This document shows, piece by piece, positions 45,388-54,686 of a DNA stretch of 64,000 nt. The stretch spans positions 6,015-70,014 of the forward strand of contig JBEKAK010000017.1 of NCBI GenBank assembly GCA_050018275.1. The letters are read 5' to 3'. Every line of letters begins with the position of its first letter. Within the stretch, counting starts at the first letter, position 1. The notes under the pieces were generated by a model. The model was not told the origin of the DNA. It saw nothing but the letters and a program-made list of their open reading frames with translations, and did not search any database. The stretch is from Terriglobia bacterium (GTDB lineage Bacteria > Acidobacteriota > Terriglobia > UBA7540). The position numbers and the translations under genes are program-made.

Positions 45388-46758
45388 ATGAATAAACGCT
45401 TTCTGTCCGCACTCCTTCTGCTTGCCGTAGCGATGCCCGTGGCCGCTCAGCAGTACGGCGACCCCGACGAAACTCCCAAAGACGCCGTCATCAAGCGGGA
45501 TGAGAAGGCCAAGCCAGAACAGCGCTACGCCAATATGCCGGACGAGGCAGTGCCCTACCGCCGCTTTACCAAGCCCTATTACGACTGGTTCGTGCGCGAG
45601 GACACCGTCCAGTACAACGGCGCGGCGGACCAGCGCCCGAACGGCGATCCCGCCCAACTCAGCGAAATCGCCATCGGATTCATGAGCCCGGTCGAGAACA
45701 ATCCCGAATCTATTTTCGGCATTCCAGAGCTCCACGGCGCGCAACTGGCCATCGAAGAAGCCAACGCGCGTGGCGGGTACAAAGGGAAGCCTTACGCGCT
45801 GAAGATTCACAACGAGTCGGCTTTGTGGGGAGCTTCCTCGACTGAACTGGTGAAAATGCTCTTCGATGAGAACTGCTGGGCGATGCTAGGATGCGTCGAC
45901 GGGCAGAACTGCCACATCGCGCTGCGCGTGACGCTGAAGCTGGAAGTGCCGATCGTGGACGTGGGCACCACGGACCCCACCGTCACCGAAACGCGCATTC
46001 AGTGGCTGCTCCACAATTTCCCGGACGACCGCCAGCAGGGGTACACGCTGGCCGACTATGTCTTCAAGACGCTGAAGTTAAAGCGCGTCGGTGTGATTCG
46101 CACCCAGACGCGCTACGCGCGCATCGGAGTGGTCAAATTCAATGACGAAGCCCGCCGAATGGGACGTCAACCCGTACTGGAAATCAAGTTCGAGCGTGGC
46201 GACAAGGACTTTTCCAACCAGCTCCGCATGTTGCGCGACGCCAAGCTTGAAGGCGTGGTCATCTGGGGAGAGGCTCCGGAAGCCGGCTTGATCCTGAAAC
46301 AGATGCGCGAAATGGGCATGAAACAGCCGGTGTTTGGCGGCAGCCGAATTGCGTATCCGCAGTTCCTGCAGATCGCTGGGCCGGCCGCCGAGGGCGTCGT
46401 CCTGACTTCCGCCCTCGACCCCACCCGGCAGGATCCAAAGTGGCAGGCTTTCCGCGAGGCCTATCTCCAAAAGTTCCACGAGGAGCCCATCGACTACGCT
46501 GCTTATGCCTACGATGGTATAAATATTCTGATTGCGGCCATCGAAAAAGCAGGCCTCAACCGCGGGCGCATCATGGACGCGCTGCGCGACTACCAGATGA
46601 AAACTTACCAGGGCGTAACCGGCACGGATTACTTCGACCACACGCTCAACAACATCTCGCCCGTCAACTTGACACGCGTGAAGGACGGTAAGTTCGAATA
46701 CTGGGTCGCGCCGCGCCAGGCCGGCCACGAAGGCGTCGCCCGCACTGGCGGGCAGTAG
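45388..46758 (+). CDS. ABC-transporter substrate-binding protein, LivK/branched-chain amino acid type (type 1 PBP)
   Basis: Signal peptide MNKRFLSALLLLAVAMPVAAQQ and periplasmic-binding-protein-type sequence (IAIGFMSPVE..., GAQLAIEEANARGG, FGGSRIAYPQFLQIAGPAAEGVVL). Confidence 0.8.
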   Translation: MNKRFLSALLLLAVAMPVAAQQYGDPDETPKDAVIKRDEKAKPEQRYANMPDEAVPYRRFTKPYYDWFVREDTVQYNGAADQRPNGDPAQLSEIAIGFMSPVENNPESIFGIPELHGAQLAIEEANARGGYKGKPYALKIHNESALWGASSTELVKMLFDENCWAMLGCVDGQNCHIALRVTLKLEVPIVDVGTTDPTVTETRIQWLLHNFPDDRQQGYTLADYVFKTLKLKRVGVIRTQTRYARIGVVKFNDEARRMGRQPVLEIKFERGDKDFSNQLRMLRDAKLEGVVIWGEAPEAGLILKQMREMGMKQPVFGGSRIAYPQFLQIAGPAAEGVVLTSALDPTRQDPKWQAFREAYLQKFHEEPIDYAAYAYDGINILIAAIEKAGLNRGRIMDALRDYQMKTYQGVTGTDYFDHTLNNISPVNLTRVKDGKFEYWVAPRQAGHEGVARTGGQ

Positions 46759-46761
46759 AGC

Positions 46762-46834
46762 CGGGACTCGGGTTTCGGGATTAGGGATTCGGGGCATGGG
46801 ATTCCGGGGTCGAGTCTGCAATCTTGAATCTTGA
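46762..46834 (+). repeat. G-run heptamer tract (NGGGATT x7) followed by ATCTTGA x2
   Basis: CGGGACT CGGGTTT CGGGATT AGGGATT CGGGGCAT GGGATTC CGGGGTC (46762-46811) contains seven G3-4 runs separated by 3-5 nt. ATCTTGA ATCTTGA follows at 46821-46834. The tract lies between two same-strand binding-protein genes. Confidence 0.6.
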
Positions 46835-46885
46835 ACCGGGGTTCTCGCCTTTCGACCTCCGAGTTGCGATTTTCCATTCTCGAAA

Positions 46886-48079
46886 ATGTCTTTAACCTTC
46901 CGCTTTCGCTGCCTTTGCCTGACGGTAGTCACCGTCGCTCTCTCCGGTGCCCCAACCTTCGCGCAGGCGCCTCCCGCCCAGCCCTACGCCGCCATCAACC
47001 GCGACAAAGTCAATTACAACGGTCCAGGACGTGATGCCGGACACGATCTCGCCGGCCCGGAAATCCGCCTCGGGTTGCTCGCGCCATTAACTGGCCCGCG
47101 CCAAGCCGAGGGCGAGGCCTTACGCCGCGCCGCGCAGATCGCAATCGACGAAGAAAACACCACTTCCCTGCCCGGTGACCGTCACTTGGCGCTCGTCACG
47201 CGCGACGAGAGCGGCCCGTGGGGCCAAGCCTCCACAGAGATCGTGCGCATGGTATTCGACGATCAAGCTGTGGCACTCATCACTTCAGCCGAGGGGGGTG
47301 CGGCGCATCTGGCTGAGCAGGTGGGAAACAAGGTCGGCGTGCCCGTCCTGACGCTTTCCACTGACACTACGACAACAGAAATCAATCTACCCTGGATCTT
47401 CCGTCTGGGACCCACCGATGCCGCCCAGGCGCGAGCCTTCGTGGACGATATCTACCACGCGCGGAAACTCCAGCGCGTGGCCCTCCTGACCGAGAACGAC
47501 CACGATGGCCGTGTGGGCGGCGAGGCATTTGAAAAAGCCGTCCGCGAGATGAATGCGCTCGCGCCGACGCGGATCATCGTCGAGCCCGAGAAACCAGTGA
47601 GGGAAACGCTGCAGGACGAACTGCAGGGCGCGCAAGCCGTCGTCATCTGGGCGGACGCCGAGACCGCCAACCGGCTCGTGGCCCGCGTGCGGGAGGAACT
47701 GCCCTCAACGCCGCTGTACCTATGCCGCAAAGCGGCCCAGGGCGACTGGAGTGGCCCGAGCCCATCACGCTGCCGGGCCTGCGCCGACGAAGACCCGAGG
47801 ATCTGGACCGCAGAGCCGCCGACTGGGCAGGCGGCGTCGCGTGCGAGCTTCGAGCAGCGTTACCGCCAACGCTTCGGAGCCGAGCCTGGAATCGGCGCGG
47901 CCCAGGCGTACGACGCCGTGCGCGTTCTGGCCGCATCGCTCCGCCAGTCCGGGCCCAACCGCGCGCGTCTGCGGGACGCACTGGCCGGGGTTTCTGGTTT
48001 CCCGGGCGCCTCGGGACTCATCTCCTTCGATCGCGCCGGCAACGACCTTACTCGAACCACACTCGTACACCTCGACTGA
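46886..48079 (+). CDS. ABC-transporter substrate-binding protein, LivK-like (second copy)
   Basis: Signal peptide CLCLTVVTVALSGAPTFAQA and type 1 PBP pattern (IRLGLLAPLTGPRQAEGEALRRAAQIAIDEEN). Confidence 0.8.
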   Translation: MSLTFRFRCLCLTVVTVALSGAPTFAQAPPAQPYAAINRDKVNYNGPGRDAGHDLAGPEIRLGLLAPLTGPRQAEGEALRRAAQIAIDEENTTSLPGDRHLALVTRDESGPWGQASTEIVRMVFDDQAVALITSAEGGAAHLAEQVGNKVGVPVLTLSTDTTTTEINLPWIFRLGPTDAAQARAFVDDIYHARKLQRVALLTENDHDGRVGGEAFEKAVREMNALAPTRIIVEPEKPVRETLQDELQGAQAVVIWADAETANRLVARVREELPSTPLYLCRKAAQGDWSGPSPSRCRACADEDPRIWTAEPPTGQAASRASFEQRYRQRFGAEPGIGAAQAYDAVRVLAASLRQSGPNRARLRDALAGVSGFPGASGLISFDRAGNDLTRTTLVHLD

Positions 48080-48116
48080 AGAACAAAGGGATTCGAGGTT
48101 GAAACCGCAGCACGGT

Positions 48117-48377
48117 TTAGCAGTAAACTTCGCGACGATGTCCAATGTCAAAGATGCTCACTTCGCGAGCATCGTCGTCGATTTTGTACAGGATACGGTA
48201 TTGCCCGACTCAGACTCTCCAACCTTCGTGTAGCTTCCCCCGGAGCCGCTTTGTCCCTGGTGGGCGAGGGCTGGAAGCCAGAGAGATGATTGCTCTGTCC
48301 AATCTCTCGACGACGGCATTGGGGAGGGATTCAAGCTGCCTGGCAGCACGCGGATCGATAAGTACGCGGTAACTCAC
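48117..48377 (-). pseudogene. relE: RelE/ParE-family toxin with an in-frame TGA
   Basis: The GTG start overlaps the antitoxin stop (GTGA). Translation reads VSYRVLIDPRAARQLESLPNAVVERLDRAIISLASSPRPPGTKRLRGKLHEGWRV, then TGA (48210-48212), then VGQYRILYKIDDDAREVSIFDIGHRREVYC to TAA 48117. The stop sits where the family has Arg (WRxRVGxYR), consistent with CGA to TGA. Confidence 0.75.
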
Positions 48378-48604
48378 AACTTCCCGGCCCGCCTTAAGCG
48401 CTTGCGCACGGTTTCATATGAGACGAGTTTCTTGGAACTTTGCGCGGCGCGGTCGAGTGTCAAGATGTCCTCGAGGTCCTCAATCCTGCGCAGTAACCGG
48501 CGATAGTGGGTCACCCCGAGCACAACTCCTCGCTTCCGACCGTCAGGGCCAATGATAAAACGTGGACTGCCTTGTATCATGCCCGTAATCATATCACAGG
48601 CCAC
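48374..48604 (-). CDS. Type II antitoxin (Phd/YefM- or RelB-like)
   Basis: 76-aa ORF with PRFIIGPDGRKRGVVLGVTHYRRLLRRIEDLEDILTLDRA, directly upstream of and overlapping the RelE-like gene. The start could be any of three Met codons in the first nine. Confidence 0.7.
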   Translation of the reverse strand: MACDMITGMIQGSPRFIIGPDGRKRGVVLGVTHYRRLLRRIEDLEDILTLDRAAQSSKKLVSYETVRKRLRRAGKL

Positions 48605-48769
48605 CCTGCTTGCTGTCCCGGTGATGGGTCTGGGGAAGTGACGAGACGGGTCGAGAATCCAGCCATTCGCTTACGTGACGGTTGCGATCCACAAGTTGCC
48701 ATTCTTCTGCCCCGTCCACTGCCGGAAGTCACCGCTAAAGTCGATGCCGAGCCACCGTTTCTTGGCCAC

Positions 48770-51433
48770 CTACTTCGCCTCTTTCCAGTTCTGACCCACG
48801 CCGAGGTCGACTTTCAGCGGGACGCGCATGGGGTGGGCGCCTTCCATTTCCGCGCGCACGATGTCCTGTGCGCGGGCAAGCTCCCGCTCCGGCGCTTCGA
48901 AGACCAGTTCGTCGTGCACGGTGAGAATCATACGCGTTTGCAGTTTTCCGCGCTGCAGCCGCGCGTGGACTCTCACCATGGCGAGCTTCAGCAGGTCGGC
49001 AGCGGTGCCCTGCAACGGGGTGTTCATGGCTTCGCGTTCGGCGCGATTGCGTGAGGGCGCATCCGCGCTGTTGATTTCGGGAATCGGCCGCAGCCGGCCG
49101 AAAAGCGTGCGTACCCGGCCGGTGGAGCGCGCTTCCTCGACCAAGCCGTCGAGGTAAGCCTTCACCTTGCGGTAGCGTTCAAAGTAGGCGTCGATATAGC
49201 GTTGCGCCTCGGTCTTGCTCGAGCCCGTGCGCCCGGCAAGACCAAACGAGCTGAGCCCGTAAATCACCCCGTAATTGATGGCCTTCGCCATGCGGCGGTG
49301 CTCGTGGGTTTGGAGGCCGGCGGGCACGCCAAAGATTTCCTGCGCGGTGCGCGCGTGGATGTCCTCGTTGCGCGTGAAGGCTTCGATCAGCCGTGGGTCT
49401 TCGGAAAGATGCGCGAGCACCCGGAGCTCAATCTGCGAGTAGTCCGCAGAGATCAGCCGCCAGCCGGGCTCGGCGACGAACGCGGAGCGGATGCGCAAGC
49501 CGAACTCATCGCCGATGGGAATATTCTGCAGGTTGGGATTGGAAGAGGAAAGCCGGCCGGTGCGCGCCACGGTCTGGTTGAAACTGGTGTGCAGGCGGCC
49601 GGTTTCCGGATGGATGAACTTGGGCAGTGCATCGATGTAAGTGGACTTGAGCTTGGCACGAGTGCGGTATTCGATGATCTTGCGCGGCAGGTCGTGCCTT
49701 TCGGCCAGCGCTTCCAGCACCGAAGCTTCAGTGGAGTACTGGCCGCTCTTCTTCAGGCGCTTGCCGCCGGGGAGCTTGAGTTTCTCAAAGAGGATTTCGC
49801 CGAGTTGCTTGGGCGAGTCGATGTCGAAGGACCCGCCGGCCAAATCGTAGATCTCGCGCGTCAGCGTGGTCAGATCCTCATCGAACTCCTCTGACATGCG
49901 CGCGAGGATTCCGGCGTCGATGCGCACGCCCACCGCTTCGACCTCCGCGAGCACGGCGGAGAGCGGCAGCTCGATTTCCTCGTAGAGTTTCTGCAAACTC
50001 TCACGCACGATTTCCGGGCGCAGGAGTGCGGCGAGCTCGCGCGTGCGGTCAGCAGCTTCCGCGAGCGAGCCGGAAATCTTGCGACCCTGCCGTCGCAATA
50101 CCACGTCCGCGAGTTCGTGGCCCGATGCCAAGGGCTCGAGGAGGTAGGAATAGAGCATAGTGTCGTCGGCGACACCGGACAGGGCCAGCTGATTCTTGGC
50201 AAGGAGCAGTCGAAGCAGCTTGGAGTTGTGCACGGCCTTGGGACGAGCGGGGTCACCCAGGACCGATGCGAGGACGGCGAGCAAATCCGCTGAACCACCC
50301 GACGCGACCGTGGCGAGCCGCTTACCGTCACAGAAACCCAGCCCCGTCAGACGGCCGGCAAAACCTTCCTTGCCCTCCACGCCCATCGCCAGAGCAAGCG
50401 GCGCGTTGGCATCGCTCGACTTGAACCATTGCTCGACAGCCTTCGGCGTCTCGAGCTCATCAGATTCAACCGAGGCTTCAGCAGGCGCGGGTGCTTCTTC
50501 CAGAAACTCCCGCAAGAGAGAGGCAAAACCCAGCTCCTGACAGAGCGCCGTCACCTCGGGAAGATCCAGGGGCGCGCGCTGCAGTTCGTCCAGGCTGGCT
50601 TCCAGCGGGACGTCGGTGCGAATCTTGGCGAGTTCGTGGCTGAGCAGGGCTTCCTGTCGAAAGTCGCGCAGGGCGTCGCGGTAGCTCTGTTTCTTCACTT
50701 GCTCGTAACTTGCCAACACTCTCTCGAGCGAGCCGAATTGGTGGATCAGTTCCGTGGCTCCTTTGGGGCCGATGTAGCTGCGCTTCTTCTCCCCTTCCGC
50801 GAGCGTCGGCTCATGGCCGGGTAGCGGGCGGGCGCCAGGAATGTTGTCGCTGGGATCGCCTGTGAGCGCGAGCCAATCGACTACCTGCGACGGTTCGACG
50901 CCGAGGATTTCCTTCACCTTCTCAGCATCACAGAGCGTCTCACCATCGCTTGCGCCCCGCGAGGGCTTCAGCACGCGGACGTTGTCGTCGACCAACTGAA
51001 ACAGATCTTCGTCGCCGGAAACGATGAAGACGTCGGCGCCCTCCGCGGAGCCAGCCTGCGCGAGCGTGCCAATCACGTCGTCAGCTTCGAAGCCTTCGCG
51101 TTCGACCAGGGGTAATCCCAACGCCCGGCAGAATCGCCGCACGTAGGGGAGTTGGACCGCCAGGTCTTCGGGGAATTCCGGACGGTTGGCTTTGTACTCC
51201 TCAAAAAGCTTGTCGCGAAACGTGGGGGCCGCGAGATCAAAGGCCACGGCCACGTGGTCGGGACGATGGTCTTTGAGGAGCTTCCGCAAGGTACGCAAGA
51301 AAATATAGATGGCCTTGGTGGGCAGTCCGCGGGGAGAAACCAGCGTCATCTGCATGGGCGCGAAGAAGGCGCGAAACAGCAGCGACATGGCATCAATCAG
51401 AAAGAGCTTCTTTCCGGGTTTGGCCAAGGCCAT
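48770..51433 (-). CDS. polA: DNA polymerase I
   Basis: A 5'-nuclease N-terminus (KKLFLIDAMSLLFRAFFAP) and polymerase motifs (ADYSQIELRVLAH, RRMAKAINYGVIYG, LTVHDELVFE). Start chosen at MALAKPGKK; the longest ORF reaches 51544. Confidence 0.95.
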   Translation of the reverse strand: MALAKPGKKLFLIDAMSLLFRAFFAPMQMTLVSPRGLPTKAIYIFLRTLRKLLKDHRPDHVAVAFDLAAPTFRDKLFEEYKANRPEFPEDLAVQLPYVRRFCRALGLPLVEREGFEADDVIGTLAQAGSAEGADVFIVSGDEDLFQLVDDNVRVLKPSRGASDGETLCDAEKVKEILGVEPSQVVDWLALTGDPSDNIPGARPLPGHEPTLAEGEKKRSYIGPKGATELIHQFGSLERVLASYEQVKKQSYRDALRDFRQEALLSHELAKIRTDVPLEASLDELQRAPLDLPEVTALCQELGFASLLREFLEEAPAPAEASVESDELETPKAVEQWFKSSDANAPLALAMGVEGKEGFAGRLTGLGFCDGKRLATVASGGSADLLAVLASVLGDPARPKAVHNSKLLRLLLAKNQLALSGVADDTMLYSYLLEPLASGHELADVVLRRQGRKISGSLAEAADRTRELAALLRPEIVRESLQKLYEEIELPLSAVLAEVEAVGVRIDAGILARMSEEFDEDLTTLTREIYDLAGGSFDIDSPKQLGEILFEKLKLPGGKRLKKSGQYSTEASVLEALAERHDLPRKIIEYRTRAKLKSTYIDALPKFIHPETGRLHTSFNQTVARTGRLSSSNPNLQNIPIGDEFGLRIRSAFVAEPGWRLISADYSQIELRVLAHLSEDPRLIEAFTRNEDIHARTAQEIFGVPAGLQTHEHRRMAKAINYGVIYGLSSFGLAGRTGSSKTEAQRYIDAYFERYRKVKAYLDGLVEEARSTGRVRTLFGRLRPIPEINSADAPSRNRAEREAMNTPLQGTAADLLKLAMVRVHARLQRGKLQTRMILTVHDELVFEAPERELARAQDIVRAEMEGAHPMRVPLKVDLGVGQNWKEAK

Positions 51434-51702
51434 CCTCCTCGTTCCGGTGGAAGGTGAGCTGGCCATTCTACCGCAACCAGGGGCAGGGTGAGGTGATGAG
51501 TGGGCAGTTTCACAGTCGTGAAGAGGAACGAGGAGGATCGCCAAGTGGTTAGAATCCTACAATGTTGTTGTATCATTACCACACCACGTGATTGGTTCTT
51601 GTTTACAGGATTCACGTATGTGCCTGAAACACTTAGCTTTAGAATTTTACATCGCCGTGGCATCTAAGGTGCTGAATTGAGTGTTTGCGTCGGGGAGGGA
51701 CT

Positions 51703-52620
51703 TTGGCTTCACAACACACTCTGGCTTCAACGGTATCACTGTCGGGAATTGGGTTGCACACCGGGGTAAACGTCTACTTGCGGCTTTGCCCCGCTCCCGC
51801 CAACACCGGAATCGTTTTCAAGCGAACCGACCTTGACGGCTTCACGATTGAGGCGCATTCCCGCCACGTTGCCCGCGTGAGCTACGCCACGAGCCTGATG
51901 AAGAAAGGCGTGCTGATTTCGACCACCGAGCACTTGCTATCGGCGCTCGCGGGACTGCAGGTCGACAACGCCATCGTCGAAATCGACAACCTGGAGCTGC
52001 CCATCGTGGATGGCAGTGCCTTGCCGTTCGTAAAGTTGATCCGTGAGGCGGGCTTACGCGCGCAACGCGCCCGGCGCATCTACGCAAAGGTTTTGAAGTC
52101 TGTAGAGGTGGTGGAAGGGGTCAAACGGATTGCTATCCATCCCGCGGAGACCCTGCGGATCAGTTACTCGATTGCCTTTCCCCATCCCGTGATCGGCGCG
52201 CAATTGCTGGAGTTCACTCCTGGCGCCGGCAAGTACGAAACCGAGATCGCGCCGGCCCGAACCTTTGGCTTTCTGAATGAGGTCGAAATGCTGCTCAAGA
52301 GCGGGCTCGTCAAGGGCGGCTCACTTGAGAATGTCGTGGTTCTGGATCGCGAACGCGTCATGAACCCCGAAGGCCTGCGCTTCCCCGATGAATTCTGCCG
52401 CCACAAGGTTCTGGATCTGATCGGGGATTTTTCCCTGCTGGGGCATCCCCTGATCGGTCACGTGGTTGCCGACCGGGCTGGCCACGCCATGCATGCCCAA
52501 TTGGTCTCCCAGCTACTGCGTCAAAAGGATTGCTGGACCCTGACGACCAGCACCGAGGCGGGTTCGAAGGTTCCCATCCCCACAGGGGCCGAACTTGCCG
52601 CGAGCAGTGCCCAGGCATAA
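51703..52620 (+). CDS. lpxC: UDP-3-O-acyl-N-acetylglucosamine deacetylase
   Basis: QHTLASTVSLSGIGLHTGVNVYLRLCPAPANTGIVF, TTEHLLSALAGLQVDNAIVEIDNLELPIVDGSALPF and HKVLDLIGDF. The probable start is TTG 51703, 4 nt after GGAGG. The track ORF begins at TTG 51685. Confidence 0.9.
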   Translation: MASQHTLASTVSLSGIGLHTGVNVYLRLCPAPANTGIVFKRTDLDGFTIEAHSRHVARVSYATSLMKKGVLISTTEHLLSALAGLQVDNAIVEIDNLELPIVDGSALPFVKLIREAGLRAQRARRIYAKVLKSVEVVEGVKRIAIHPAETLRISYSIAFPHPVIGAQLLEFTPGAGKYETEIAPARTFGFLNEVEMLLKSGLVKGGSLENVVVLDRERVMNPEGLRFPDEFCRHKVLDLIGDFSLLGHPLIGHVVADRAGHAMHAQLVSQLLRQKDCWTLTTSTEAGSKVPIPTGAELAASSAQA

Positions 52621-52730
52621 TCAAGTCGAGACGGGCGGTTGGTCATATTGCGCGTTGTGTTGCGTCAAAAACACCTCACCTCAGGTCTCGCAAGTCCCTC
52701 CGCTAAGCCGCAATTGGCCCCGTAGAACAG

Positions 52731-52746
52731 TGGCATGCCATTTGCT
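52731..52746 (+). promoter_or_regulatory. Sigma54 (RpoN) -24/-12 type promoter upstream of gdhA
   Basis: TGGCATGCCATTTGCT matches TGGCAC-N5-TTGCW with correct GG/GC spacing. It lies 100 nt upstream of ATG 52847. Confidence 0.5.
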
Positions 52747-52846
52747 ATACTCACCCCCGGGCCAGCGAGGTGTGCGGCTCCAGGGCTTGCGGGGAAACCT
52801 GCCAAAAGCCTGAGCCGGTTTTCATGCTGCCGTCTGAGGGGGCATT

Positions 52847-54112
52847 ATGAGCGTCGTGGAAACAGAAAAGGAACTTAGTGTCTATGAGTCAATGGCGGCC
52901 AGGTTCGACGTGGCGGCCCGCAAACTGAACCTCGAGGAAGGTCTGTTGCGCTACCTCCGCACACCCAACCGTGAGATCATCGTTCACATCCCGGTCGCCA
53001 TGGACAACGGCAAGCTGGAGGTTTTCGACGGCTACCGCGTGCAGCACAGCATCGCACGCGGACCGTGCAAAGGGGGAGTCCGCTATTCCCCGGACGTCAC
53101 CCTGGACGAGATTCGCGGGCTCGCGGCCGAGATGACTTGGAAGTGCGCGGTGGTCAATATCCCCTTTGGGGGCGCCAAGGGCGGGGTCGTGTGCGACCCT
53201 TCCAAGCTCTCCATGGGTGAGCTGGAGCGCATCACGCGGCGGTACACGGCGGAGATTCTGGACTACATCGGCCCGGAGCGTGACGTCCCCGCGCCGGATA
53301 TGAACACCGATGAGCAGACCATGGCCTGGATCATGGACACGTACTCCATGCACGTCCGCCACACGGTCACGGCCAGCGTGACCGGCAAGCCACTCGACCT
53401 GGGCGGCTCAGCCGGGCGCCGCGAGGCGACCGGGCGCGGCTGCATGATCGTCTGTGACCAGGCCCTGAAGCGCTTCGGATGGCGGCGGGAAGCCACGCGC
53501 GTGATCGTCCAGGGCTTTGGCAACGTCGGCTCGCAGGCTGCGCGCCTGATGCACGAAGCGGGTTACAAGGTCATTGGGGTCGCCGACATATGCGGAGGGG
53601 TCCTCAACCTCCAAGGTCTCGACATCCCCAAACTGCTCGACCACATGAAGGAAGCTAAGACCGTCAAGGGCTTTGCGCGGGGAGAAAGCATTAGCAGTCA
53701 GGAAATCCTAGAACAGGATTGCGATGTCCTCCTGCCCGCTGCCACCGAGAGCGTCATCAATAGCAAGAATGCCGATAAAGTGAAGGCGCGAATCCTGGTG
53801 GAAGGCGCCAACAGCCCCACTACGCCTCCTGCCGATGACATCCTGTTTGAGCGGGGCGTGTTTGTGATTCCCGATATCTTGGCGAACGCCGGCGGCGTGA
53901 CGGTTTCTTACTTCGAGTGGGTCCAGGACCGGCAGGGCTACTTCTGGCCGGAGGGCATGGTCAACGACCGCCTGAAACAGATCATGGTCTCCGCCTTCAG
54001 CGACGTGGTAGGCTACGGCGAGAAGCACAACGTCAATAACCGCATCGCCGCCTACATGCTGGCCATCGACCGCGTGGCCTTCTCGATCAAGCTGCGCGGG
54101 ATTTACGCGTAG
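52847..54112 (+). CDS. gdhA: Glutamate dehydrogenase (Glu/Leu/Phe/Val dehydrogenase family)
   Basis: [41 protein letters not shown] and the dinucleotide fold [11 protein letters not shown]. Confidence 0.95.
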   Translation: MSVVETEKELSVYESMAARFDVAARKLNLEEGLLRYLRTPNREIIVHIPVAMDNGKLEVFDGYRVQHSIARGPCKGGVRYSPDVTLDEIRGLAAEMTWKCAVVNIPFGGAKGGVVCDPSKLSMGELERITRRYTAEILDYIGPERDVPAPDMNTDEQTMAWIMDTYSMHVRHTVTASVTGKPLDLGGSAGRREATGRGCMIVCDQALKRFGWRREATRVIVQGFGNVGSQAARLMHEAGYKVIGVADICGGVLNLQGLDIPKLLDHMKEAKTVKGFARGESISSQEILEQDCDVLLPAATESVINSKNADKVKARILVEGANSPTTPPADDILFERGVFVIPDILANAGGVTVSYFEWVQDRQGYFWPEGMVNDRLKQIMVSAFSDVVGYGEKHNVNNRIAAYMLAIDRVAFSIKLRGIYA

Positions 54113-54159
54113 CGCGGTCCTGCGAGGCGGCGTCAAGCTAGCTTATCCTGCGCCTCTGT

Positions 54160-54447
54160 CTAGGCGCTCTTCCTCGGATGTTCTTGCATGTAGGCGCGGA
54201 GCAGAGCATTAATGCGGGTTTGATAGCCTGGCCCCTGTCTCCTATACCATTCGAGCACATCGCTATCGATCCGTATCGTGAGTTGCCTTTTCCGTGCCAC
54301 AGGCTTCAGCCCCCGACGCACGACGGCGCGGGCAAACATCTCCGGCGTCAATTCCGGGGTATCAGAAAAATCGATTTTCTGGTCCTGCAGCGCGTCGACT
54401 CGCTCCCAATCAGTCCGCGATTTCCTTGAAGTAGTTGGCTTCTTCAT
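54160..54447 (-). CDS. brnA: BrnA-family type II antitoxin
   Basis: 95 aa with RKRQLTIRIDSDVLEWYRRQGPGYQTRINALLRAYM, the BrnA signature as I recall it. Confidence 0.8.
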   Translation of the reverse strand: MKKPTTSRKSRTDWERVDALQDQKIDFSDTPELTPEMFARAVVRRGLKPVARKRQLTIRIDSDVLEWYRRQGPGYQTRINALLRAYMQEHPRKSA

Positions 54448-54686
54448 TCTTCGTCGCCTTTCGAACCGAAATGATTCGGATCACTTCATGGGTCTCGGCA
54501 TGCGCGATGACGACCACGCGGCCGCTGAGCAAACCCAGGGTGATGAACCGGGGTTCGCCGTAATCAAACCGGTCATCCAGGATAGTGACACGTTTTACCG
54601 GCAAACACCCTTTCGATGCCAATGAAGTCGATTCCGTGCTTCTGAATGTTGGATCGCCGTTTGGCTTCATCCCATTCATACCGCAT
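54410..54686 (-). pseudogene. brnT: BrnT-family toxin (DUF497) disrupted by a +1 frameshift
   Basis: From ATG 54686 the frame reads MRYEWDEAKRRSNIQKHGIDFIGIERVFAGKT, then stops after a few codons. The track ORF frame continues VTILDDRFDYGEPRFITLGLLSGRVVVIAHAETHEVIRIISVRKATKNEEANYF. The junction is at an A4 run (plus-strand TTTT, 54593-54596). Confidence 0.75.

Noticed and set aside
44668-45810. 380-aa minus-strand ORF
   Set aside because: Antisense to DAHP synthase and the first binding-protein gene. A shadow ORF.
48672-48769. 33-codon ORF right after the polA stop (GTG-AKKRWLGIDFSGDFRQWTGQKNGNLWIATVT-TAA), possibly the head of a truncated gene
   Set aside because: Too short, and my family recollection is too vague to support a call. 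It might be debris left by insertion of the adjacent toxin-antitoxin pair.
51545-51702. Divergent polA/lpxC promoter region, relatively AT-rich
   Set aside because: Several partial -35/-10 hexamers are present, but none has convincing spacing, so no promoter was called.
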